From NCBI GenBank assembly GCA_944385535.1, contig CALWXR010000004.1:1140-65139 (forward strand): a DNA stretch of 64,000 nt, read 5' to 3'. Shown piece after piece: positions 57,601 to 64,000 of this stretch. This stretch comes from an uncultured Oscillospiraceae bacterium. GTDB taxonomy: Bacteria; Bacillota; Clostridia; Oscillospirales; Oscillospiraceae. Numbering within the stretch: position 1 is the stretch's first letter; each line of letters begins with the position of its first letter. The position numbers were made by a program, and so were the translations under genes. A model generated the notes under the pieces. That model saw only the letters and a list, made by a program, of their open reading frames with translations. It had not been told where the DNA came from and searched no databases.

Positions 57601-58234
57601 GATCGCCGCCCTGGGCACCCCAAACCTGGGGGCCATTGAGGAATATGCCCGGGTGAACGAGCGCTATACCTATCTTGCGGAACAGCGGGACGATGTGCTC
57701 ACCTCCAAGCGGGAGCTGGAAAGCGTGATCCGGGACATTACCAAGGAAATGACCACCATTTTTGTAACGGAATTCCAAAGAATCGACCACTATTTCGGCC
57801 AGACCTTTACGGAAATGTTCGGCGGCGGCCGGGGACAGCTGATCCTGGAGGATCCGGAGAACCCCCTGACCTGCGGCATTGAGATTCAGGTCCAGCCCCC
57901 CGGAAAGCAGGTCAAGACCATCACATTGCTCTCCGGCGGCGAGAAGGCCTTTGTGGCAACGGCCCTGTACTTCGCTATTTTGAAGGTTCGGCCCACCCCC
58001 TTCTGCATTCTGGACGAGATCGACGCGGCGCTGGATGACCGGAACGTGGAACGGTTTGCCAGCTATCTGCACAACCTGAGCAAGAATACCCAGTTTATCG
58101 TCATCACCCACCGGCGGGGCACCATGGAAGCGGCGGATGTGCTCTATGGCGTGACCATGCAGGAGCAGGGCGTCAGCAAGCTGCTGCGGCTGGACCTGAA
58201 CCAGATGGAAGAGTACTTAGGGATTGTGGAATAA
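54662..58234 (+). CDS. smc: Chromosome segregation protein SMC
   Basis: GPNGSGKSN, coiled coils with hinge (GRATFLP, GGSMTGG), LSGGEK, LDEIDAALD. GTG start. Confidence 0.98.
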   Translation: MNLKSLELQGFKSFPDKTLIRFGDDITAIVGPNGSGKSNISDAILWVMGEQSTKTLRGAKMEDVIFGGTQKRSAVGFAEATLTLDNSDRALPYDADEVMITRRFYRSGDSEFYINKQSARLRDIHELFMDTGLGREGYSNIGQGRIDEILSLKSGDRREIFEEAAGISKYRHRKEETERKLEHTEDNLLRIGDKVSELELQLEPLKVQSEKAKKYLELKDELKGVEVAVWLDTLDKLSAAAKKAEEDYASASFVLQQAHEDLDALYRQAEELGKSLRGRDEELETVRLKVNMLTSTHQQLDGQMAVLRGNVENNNQNIDRIEEELKGEEDRSGGIVTQIRQTEARVEEIETALTQKRQALDQLQQQLAAMTANAQGLTKQFLQLRSEESSLAADIAGRQADVRGLEESMVQTRERLEQLSSDLSSGAARHHEAQTNLDNCSSQLQKAQEEVTAANNTISGYTLRANNRIKRRDELQQKQRELNQKLDSVAAKAKVFRAMERDFESYNKAVRMVMQEAQRGALRNVHGPVSRLIRTEDSYTVAIEIALGAAMQQIVVGSEADGKAAISYLKRIGGGRATFLPMSSIQGRSLQETGLEACRGFVGIASQLVTAEQQYRGIVDNLLARTVIVSDMDAAIAMAQKYRNRFKIVTLDGQVMNPGGSMTGGSVNKDAGILSRANELEKLTAQEKQLQQDKLVCQAELQEAQRQCDQVEFQISAARDQLREAEDQVLRLQGQQKQYEVLLEAIVEAENSARRERDALNQRDRSDRERYTAQQAKIQVYTRQLADIREKLTQLEGSQSEASEATAAITEQAMGLKTEEAALEAERSTALAHMEDLKNLRAAMAGDREKKIALKDAISQDNIRLAGEIADLEKRRQENEQETGIMKGQMDEVLARRAEAEAGKTRAEREAQEKNKDILNMERACALLEQKKVTSGMEERQIIDKLWDSYGLTPGTAGEHRGEIENVAAGNRRASELKRKIAALGTPNLGAIEEYARVNERYTYLAEQRDDVLTSKRELESVIRDITKEMTTIFVTEFQRIDHYFGQTFTEMFGGGRGQLILEDPENPLTCGIEIQVQPPGKQVKTITLLSGGEKAFVATALYFAILKVRPTPFCILDEIDAALDDRNVERFASYLHNLSKNTQFIVITHRRGTMEAADVLYGVTMQEQGVSKLLRLDLNQMEEYLGIVE

Positions 58235-58253
58235 ATAGAAAGGAATATGCAAC

Positions 58254-59159
58254 ATGGGTTTTTTTGATAAAATCAAAGCCGGCCTGACCAAGACCCGGGA
58301 CGCGCTGAGCAGCACCTTGGGCGGGGTGTTTACCGGCTTTTCCGAAATTGACGACGACTTTTATGACGAGCTGGAAGAATGCCTGATCCTGGCGGATCTG
58401 GGCGTGGAGACTTCCGGAAAGGCGGTGGAACGTCTGCGCAAGGCCGTCCGGGAGCAACACCTGAAAACCACGGAAGAAGCGAAAGACGCGCTGAAAGACA
58501 TTTTGGTGGACATGCTGAACGTGGGAGACACTCAGCTGAACCTTTCCACCCATCCCAGCGTGATCCTGGTCATCGGCGTCAACGGCGTGGGCAAGACCAC
58601 CACCATTGGCAAGATCGCCAAGCAGCAGGTGGATCAGGGGAAAAAGGTGCTGCTGGTGGCGGGCGATACCTTCCGGGCAGCGGCTGCTGACCAGCTGGAG
58701 ATCTGGGCGGATCGCAGCGGAGCCGCCATTGTCCGCCAGCACGAGGGGGCGGATCCGGCTTCCGTGGTGTACGACGGCATCCAGTCCGCCAAGGCCAAGG
58801 ATGTGGATGTAATCATCATCGACACCGCCGGACGGCTCCACAACAAGGCCAATCTGATGAACGAACTGAACAAGATCAGCCGGATCGTGAACCGGGAGCT
58901 GCCGGAGGCCGCCAAGGAGGTGCTGCTGGTTCTGGACGGCACCACCGGCCAGAACGGTCTGATCCAGGCCAAGCAGTTTAAGGAGATTGCCGGCGTTACC
59001 GCCATCGCCCTGACCAAGCTGGACGGCACCGCCAAGGGCGGCATTGTAGTGGCTGTGGCGGACGCCCTGCAGATCCCGGTGAAATTTGTGGGCGTAGGCG
59101 AACAGGCGGACGATCTCATGCCCTTTGAGGCCCAGGGCTTTGTGGACGCTCTGTTTTGA
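58254..59159 (+). CDS. ftsY: SRP receptor FtsY
   Basis: GVNGVGKTTTIGK, DTFRAAA, DTAGR, TKLDGTAKGG. Confidence 0.98.
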   Translation: MGFFDKIKAGLTKTRDALSSTLGGVFTGFSEIDDDFYDELEECLILADLGVETSGKAVERLRKAVREQHLKTTEEAKDALKDILVDMLNVGDTQLNLSTHPSVILVIGVNGVGKTTTIGKIAKQQVDQGKKVLLVAGDTFRAAAADQLEIWADRSGAAIVRQHEGADPASVVYDGIQSAKAKDVDVIIIDTAGRLHNKANLMNELNKISRIVNRELPEAAKEVLLVLDGTTGQNGLIQAKQFKEIAGVTAIALTKLDGTAKGGIVVAVADALQIPVKFVGVGEQADDLMPFEAQGFVDALF

Positions 59160-59179
59160 TAAAAGGACAGGTGAAGCGT

Positions 59180-59785
59180 ATGAAAGTGGTATTGGCAAGC
59201 CATAATCCCCATAAACTGGTGGAGATCAGCCGGATTACCGAGAAATTCGGCATGGAGCTTCTGCTCCAGTCCCAGCTGGGGGTGGACATTGACGTGGAAG
59301 AGACGGGAACCACCTTTGAAGAAAATTCCTATCTGAAGGCCAAAGCGGTGATGGAGGCCACCGGCCTGCCCGCTTTGGCGGACGACTCCGGCATCGCTGT
59401 GGACGCCCTGAACGGAGAGCCGGGGGTGTATTCCGCCCGGTACGGATTCGACGATACTCTGGACGACTGGGGCAGGCTGTTGCTGCTGCTGAAAAATACG
59501 GAGCATGTCCCCGACGGCCAGCGGCAGGCGAAATTCGTCTGCGTCATTACCATGGTCACCCCGGAAGGCCAAACCATTCAGGCCCGGGGGGAGATTCACG
59601 GCGAGCTGCTCCGCTCTCCCGTCGGGGAGAACGGCTTCGGCTACGATCCCATTTTTTACTATCCCCCCATGGGTAAATCCACGGCGGAAATGAGTCCGGA
59701 GGAAAAGAATCAGGTTTCCCACCGGGCAAACGCCTTAAACGTGTTTTATGAGAAGTTAAAGGAGGCAGGTTATGCTGACAAGTAA
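59180..59785 (+). CDS. rdgB: Non-canonical purine NTP pyrophosphatase (RdgB/HAM1)
   Basis: ETGTTFEEN, ADDSGI, PGVYSARY, GFGYDPIF, KNQVSHR. Confidence 0.95.
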   Translation: MKVVLASHNPHKLVEISRITEKFGMELLLQSQLGVDIDVEETGTTFEENSYLKAKAVMEATGLPALADDSGIAVDALNGEPGVYSARYGFDDTLDDWGRLLLLLKNTEHVPDGQRQAKFVCVITMVTPEGQTIQARGEIHGELLRSPVGENGFGYDPIFYYPPMGKSTAEMSPEEKNQVSHRANALNVFYEKLKEAGYADK

Positions 59786-60242
59786 ACAGCGCGCTGAGCT
59801 TCGCGCCCAGGCCAACGGGCTGGAAACCACCCTGATGGTGGGCAAGGACGGCGTTACCCAGGCGGTGATCGAGGAAGCGGACCGGCTGCTCACTGCCCGG
59901 GAGTTGGTGAAGGGAAAGGTGCTGGAATCCGCCCTTATGAGCGCCCGGGAGGTGTCTGACGCCATTTGTCAGGCCACCGGCGCCGGCGGAATCTCCTGCG
60001 TGGGCTCCAAATTCGTCATCTGGCGCTTCAGTGAAAAGTGCCAGGCAGAGCGTAATCAAACCGGCCGGGCCAAGCGGAAGGAAGTGCCCAAAAGTAAGGC
60101 GGATCCTGTGGGCAAGGGCGCCCGGGCTCGTCGGGCCGCCGCTCGGAAGGTCCGGGAGCAGCGCAACGCCTACTTCAAGGAAATGGCCATTGAAAAGGCC
60201 ATCGAGCGGGATCGGGAAAAGCAGCTGCGCAGCCGGGACTGA
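59772..60242 (+). CDS. yhbY: YhbY/CRM-domain RNA-binding protein with a C-terminal extension
   Basis: MLTSKQRAELRAQAN...VGKDG...ELVKGKVL CRM pattern plus about 60 extra basic residues. Confidence 0.88.
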   Translation: MLTSKQRAELRAQANGLETTLMVGKDGVTQAVIEEADRLLTARELVKGKVLESALMSAREVSDAICQATGAGGISCVGSKFVIWRFSEKCQAERNQTGRAKRKEVPKSKADPVGKGARARRAAARKVREQRNAYFKEMAIEKAIERDREKQLRSRD

Positions 60243-60409
60243 GAAAAAGGCGTTTCACGACCACGGGCAGGGTAGGCCCTCATAGGAAAGGCGGAGGAGG
60301 GCGGAAAGATCCGCCCTTGTCTGGCGAGAGTTTCAGTTGTATCAGGCCAAGCCGGACTTTACATGACCGCGAGCGTTCGCGATGAAAAGATAATGGCAGG
60401 GGGATCACT

Positions 60410-61591
60410 ATGGAACGAATCGGCATTTACGGCGGGACGTTTAACCCGCCCCATTTGGGACATTTTCAGGCGGCCAACCAGGCGGTGGAGGCGTTGGGAC
60501 TGAAGGAGCTTCTGGTCATTCCCGACCGGATCGCCCCTCATAAGACCATGCCTGAAAACACACCGTTACCCCAGCAGCGGCTGGACATGCTTCGCCTGGC
60601 ATTCACAGGCTGCGATAAGATCCGGGTCTCGGATCTGGAGCTGCGCCGGGAGGGTCCCAGCTATACCTGTGAGACCCTGGCCCAGATGAAAGAAGCCTAT
60701 CCAAAGGCGGAACTGGTGCTACTGATGGGCACGGATATGTTTTTGTCCATAGAGCAGTGGAAGAACGCCTCCCGGATCCTGCAAGACGCCACATTGGGGG
60801 TATTCCACCGGGGAGACAAGCACGAGCAGACCGCCGTTGAGAAAAAGAAAAAGGATCTGGAAGCCCGGGGAGCGAAGGTGGAGCTGGTTCACAATGCGGT
60901 GGTGAACATCTCCTCCACCCAGATGCGCCGGTTGCTTGCCTTCCGTTGCGCAGGAGAGCTGCTGCCCCCCGGCGTTCTGGAGTACATCCGGGAGCACCGG
61001 CTGTATCATACCCGGGCAAACTGGAAACAGCTGCCTATGGAGCAGCTGGAGCAGGTGGTCACAGGGCTGCTGAATCCCAACCGGGTGGCCCATGTGCTGG
61101 GCTGCCGGGATACGGCGGTGGAGCTGGCAAACCATTGGGGAGCGGATGTCACCGACGCCGCCCGGGCGGGAATCCTCCACGATGTGACCAAGGCCATCGA
61201 CGGGCCGCTCCAATTGACATTGTGCAAGGCCTATGGTAAAATATTGGATGACTTTTCTGTTCGATATCCCAAAACCCTCCATGCCCTGACAGGCAGTATG
61301 GTGGCCCGGCGGATCTTCGGGGAGAACGACGCGGTGGTCTCCGCCATTGAATCCCACACCACCGGAAAGGCCAATATGAATCTGCTGGAGAAGATCATCT
61401 ATCTGGCGGATTACATCGAGCCCAACCGGGATATGGAGGGCATAGAAACCCTGCGCCGCCTGGCCTTTCAGGATCTGAACGCCGCTATGAAGCTGGGGCT
61501 GGAAATGACCCTGGAATATTTACATCACCAGGGCAGCGAAGTCTCCCCGGCATCCCGGGAGGCCCTGGCCTGGCTGAATGCCATCACTTAG
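60410..61591 (+). CDS. nadD: Fused nicotinate-nucleotide adenylyltransferase NadD and YqeK-type HD hydrolase
   Basis: GGTFNPPHLGH, SYT, ISST (NadD), then RVAHVLG, ILHDVTK, HTTG, YLADYIEP (YqeK HD domain) in one ORF. Confidence 0.93.
   Translation: MERIGIYGGTFNPPHLGHFQAANQAVEALGLKELLVIPDRIAPHKTMPENTPLPQQRLDMLRLAFTGCDKIRVSDLELRREGPSYTCETLAQMKEAYPKAELVLLMGTDMFLSIEQWKNASRILQDATLGVFHRGDKHEQTAVEKKKKDLEARGAKVELVHNAVVNISSTQMRRLLAFRCAGELLPPGVLEYIREHRLYHTRANWKQLPMEQLEQVVTGLLNPNRVAHVLGCRDTAVELANHWGADVTDAARAGILHDVTKAIDGPLQLTLCKAYGKILDDFSVRYPKTLHALTGSMVARRIFGENDAVVSAIESHTTGKANMNLLEKIIYLADYIEPNRDMEGIETLRRLAFQDLNAAMKLGLEMTLEYLHHQGSEVSPASREALAWLNAIT
61214..61242 (+). promoter_or_regulatory. Internal sigma-A promoter in the yqeK half pointing to rsfS-leuS
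   Basis: TTGACA-17 nt-TAAAAT with extended TG. Confidence 0.7.
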
Positions 61592-61645
61592 AATATAGGG
61601 CGGGGCGGTCCCGCCAAAAGATAGATTCCCGGAAAGGAAGATGTT

Positions 61646-62008
61646 ATGTTAACTCCTAAAGAAATCGCCTACGAAGTGACCAAAGCCCTGGACGCCAAGA
61701 AAGGTCTGGACATCAAACTGCTGAAGATCGATCATATCAGCTCCCTGGCAGACTACTTCCTCATCTGCACCGGCACCTCCAATACCCATGTCAAGACCCT
61801 GTGCGACTACGCTGAGTACACCCTGGAGCAGCTGGGGGAGCAGATGATCAGCCGGGAGGGCCACCGGGGAAATTCCTGGGAACTGCTGGACTACGGCACC
61901 ATTGTGGTTCATGTGTTTACCGAGGAAGCCCGGCAGTTTTACGATCTGGAGCGGCTGTGGGCCGACGCGGAGCAGATCAATATCAGCGACATTGTGATTG
62001 CTGAGTAA
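61646..62008 (+). CDS. rsfS: Ribosome silencing factor RsfS
   Basis: DAKKGLDI, ADYFLICTGTSNTHV, WELLDYG, RQFYDLERLW. Confidence 0.96.
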   Translation: MLTPKEIAYEVTKALDAKKGLDIKLLKIDHISSLADYFLICTGTSNTHVKTLCDYAEYTLEQLGEQMISREGHRGNSWELLDYGTIVVHVFTEEARQFYDLERLWADAEQINISDIVIAE

Positions 62009-62026
62009 ATAAAAGAGGTAGAGAGT

Positions 62027-64000
62027 ATGCATTACGATTATTCCGCCATTGAGAAAAAATGGCAAAAATACTGGGAGGAAAACAAGACCTTCCACACCGA
62101 TGTTTGGGACTTTTCCAAGCCCAAGTATTACGTGCTGGATATGTTCCCCTATCCCTCCGGCGTAGGGCTCCACGCGGGCCATCCCGAGGGCTATACCGCC
62201 ACCGACATCATGTCCCGGATGAAGCGGATGCAGGGCTACAATGTGCTGCACCCCATGGGCTATGACTCCTTCGGCCTGCCTGCGGAGCAGTACGCGGTCT
62301 CCACCGGCAACCATCCCAACGGCTTTACCCAGGAAAATATCAAGACCTTCTCCAAGCAGCTGAAGGAGCTGGGCTTTGACTACGACTGGTCCAAGATGGT
62401 GGCCACCTCCGACCCCTCTTTCTACAAGTGGACCCAGTGGATCTTCAAGAAGCTGTATGAGGCGGGCTATGCCAAGCGGGTGGAAATGCCTGTGAACTGG
62501 TGCGAGGAGCTGGGCACGGTGCTGTCCAACGACGAGGTTATCGACGGCAAATCCGAGCGGGGCGGCTATCCGGTGGTGAAGAAGAATATGATGCAGTGGG
62601 TCATCGACCAGCCTGCCTTTGCCGAAAAGCTGCTGGAGGGCCTGGAAGAAATCGACTGGCCGGAATCCACCAAGGAGATCCAGCGCAACTGGATCGGCAA
62701 GTCCACCGGTGTGGAAGTGGACTTCCAGCTCTTAGGCGGCGGCTCCTTCTCCATCTACACCACCTGTATCGAGACCATCTACGGCATTACCTTTATGGTT
62801 CTGGCGCCCGACGGAAAGATCGTCCAGTCTCTCATGGATCGGATCCAGAACAAGGAGCAGGTCCAGGCTTATATTGATGAAACTGTCAAAAAAAGCGACA
62901 TGGACCGGACCGAGCTGAACAAGACCAAGTCCGGCTGCCCCCTGGAGGGGGTGTACGCCATTAACCCGGTGAACGGCAAGCAGGTGCCTGTATTCATCGG
63001 CGACTTCGTGCTGGCCAACTACGGCACCGGCGCGGTCATGGCGGTTCCCAGCCACGACCAGCGGGACTTTGAGTACGCCCAGGTTCATAACATTCCCATG
63101 ATCCAGGTCATTGAGGGCCGGGACGTGTCCGAATGCGCTTTTGAAAAGCAGGATTACCTGGGCAAGGGCTGCAAGCTGATGAACTCCGAGGAATTCACCG
63201 GCCTGACGGTGGAGGAGGCCAAGGAGGCCATTACCGTTAAGCTGGAGAAGATGGGGGTTGCCCGGAGAAAGAACAACTACCACTTTAGAGAGTGGATTTT
63301 CGCCCGTCAGCGCTACTGGGGCGAGCCGGTGCCCTGCGTCTATACGGATGATGGGGAAACCGTGTTCCTGCCGGACGAAGAACTGCCTCTGATCCTGCCT
63401 GTGCTGGAGGACTATAAGGGCCGGAACGGCAAGGCCCCCCTGGAGAACGCCACCGAATGGAAGCAGTATGACCGCAACGGCATCCACGGCGTCCGGGAGA
63501 CCTCTACCATGCCCGGCTCCGCCGGTTCCTCCTGGTACTACATGCGCTATATCGACCCCAATAACGATAAGGAATTCTGCGATCCCAAGCTGCTGGAGCA
63601 CTGGATGCCGGTGGATCTGTACATCGGCGGCCCCGAGCACGCGGTGGGCCATTTGATCTACTCCCGGATCTGGAACCGCTTTTTGTACGATCAGGGCCTG
63701 TCTCCCGTGAAGGAGCCTTTTCAGAAGCTGGTCCACCAGGGCATGATCCTGGGGGAGAACGGCATTAAGATGGGCAAGCGGTACCCGGAATTTGTGGTGA
63801 ATCCCAGCGATGTGGTGCGGGAGTACGGCGCGGACACCCTGCGGCTGTATGAGATGTTCATGGGCCCCCTGGAGGTTTCCAAGCCCTGGAGCACTACCGG
63901 CGTGGCCGGCGCTAAGAAGTTTATCAACCGGGTGTGGAACTTCTTTACCGAGACAGGCAACCTGACGGAGGCCGACGACGGCAAGCTGACCAAGATCTAC
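62027..64000 (+). CDS. leuS: Leucine--tRNA ligase (partial, runs off the window; absent from the ORF track)
   Basis: Own translation: MHYDYSAIEKKWQKYW...LDMFPYPSGVGLHAGH...FARQRYWGEP...DLYIGGPEHAVGHL...KMGKR...YGADTLRLYEMFMGP. Confidence 0.97.
   Translation, partial: MHYDYSAIEKKWQKYWEENKTFHTDVWDFSKPKYYVLDMFPYPSGVGLHAGHPEGYTATDIMSRMKRMQGYNVLHPMGYDSFGLPAEQYAVSTGNHPNGFTQENIKTFSKQLKELGFDYDWSKMVATSDPSFYKWTQWIFKKLYEAGYAKRVEMPVNWCEELGTVLSNDEVIDGKSERGGYPVVKKNMMQWVIDQPAFAEKLLEGLEEIDWPESTKEIQRNWIGKSTGVEVDFQLLGGGSFSIYTTCIETIYGITFMVLAPDGKIVQSLMDRIQNKEQVQAYIDETVKKSDMDRTELNKTKSGCPLEGVYAINPVNGKQVPVFIGDFVLANYGTGAVMAVPSHDQRDFEYAQVHNIPMIQVIEGRDVSECAFEKQDYLGKGCKLMNSEEFTGLTVEEAKEAITVKLEKMGVARRKNNYHFREWIFARQRYWGEPVPCVYTDDGETVFLPDEELPLILPVLEDYKGRNGKAPLENATEWKQYDRNGIHGVRETSTMPGSAGSSWYYMRYIDPNNDKEFCDPKLLEHWMPVDLYIGGPEHAVGHLIYSRIWNRFLYDQGLSPVKEPFQKLVHQGMILGENGIKMGKRYPEFVVNPSDVVREYGADTLRLYEMFMGPLEVSKPWSTTGVAGAKKFINRVWNFFTETGNLTEADDGKLTKIY

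Noticed and set aside
55115-58111. 998-aa ORF antisense to smc, and similar long antisense ORFs opposite ileS, capD, topA, fnl genes and GTs
   Set aside because: Shadow ORFs expected from GC-rich codon bias. They have no RBS or recognisable motifs and fully overlap well-supported genes.
60262-60275. Resemblance of CCACGGGCAGGGT to RNase P RNA and of CCAAGCCGGA to twister ribozyme
   Set aside because: The segment is too short, lacks GAGGAAAGTCC and the twister pseudoknots; chance similarity.
1-64000. CRISPR arrays, rRNA/tRNA genes, prophage, IS or defence systems
   Set aside because: None seen. Intergenic gaps are short and explained by terminators and promoters, and no ORF shows integrase, transposase, Cas or restriction motifs.

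Overview
GC-rich chromosomal segment from a clostridial Firmicute; gene order and codon style suggest Oscillospiraceae, which is an inference. It is mostly housekeeping genes, in this order: (i) 3' end of a low-GC GH4 glycosidase and a secreted cadherin-like protein; (ii) a minus-strand block miaB-mutS-CAAX protease-mutL-miaA-hfq-yggS-sepF-divIVA-[Ile T-box]-ileS; (iii) a plus-strand block ktrB-ktrA-trmH-like-dprA-topA-trmFO-plsX-rnc; (iv) about 29.5 kb between rnc and smc; (v) smc-ftsY-rdgB-yhbY-nadD/yqeK fusion-rsfS-leuS (partial). Block (iv) holds a monocistronic sugar-kinase-like gene, a divergent operon (PIG-L deacetylase, phosphoglycosyl transferase, formyltransferase) and a large glycan locus. 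That locus has CapD/CapN-like enzymes, FnlABC for L-FucNAc, 13 glycosyltransferases, Wzy-like and Wzx genes, LicD, an acyltransferase and a CE4-like deacetylase, but no chain-length regulator. I found no tRNA/rRNA genes, CRISPR arrays, integrases or transposases. The best leads are a possible deacetylate-then-formylate sugar tailoring module with no aminotransferase, the oversized two-module glycan locus, a multi-stem non-coding segment in front of nadD, non-canonical KMSKS motifs in both tRNA synthetases, and several near-consensus promoters embedded in coding sequences. All analysis was by eye; no database search was run.
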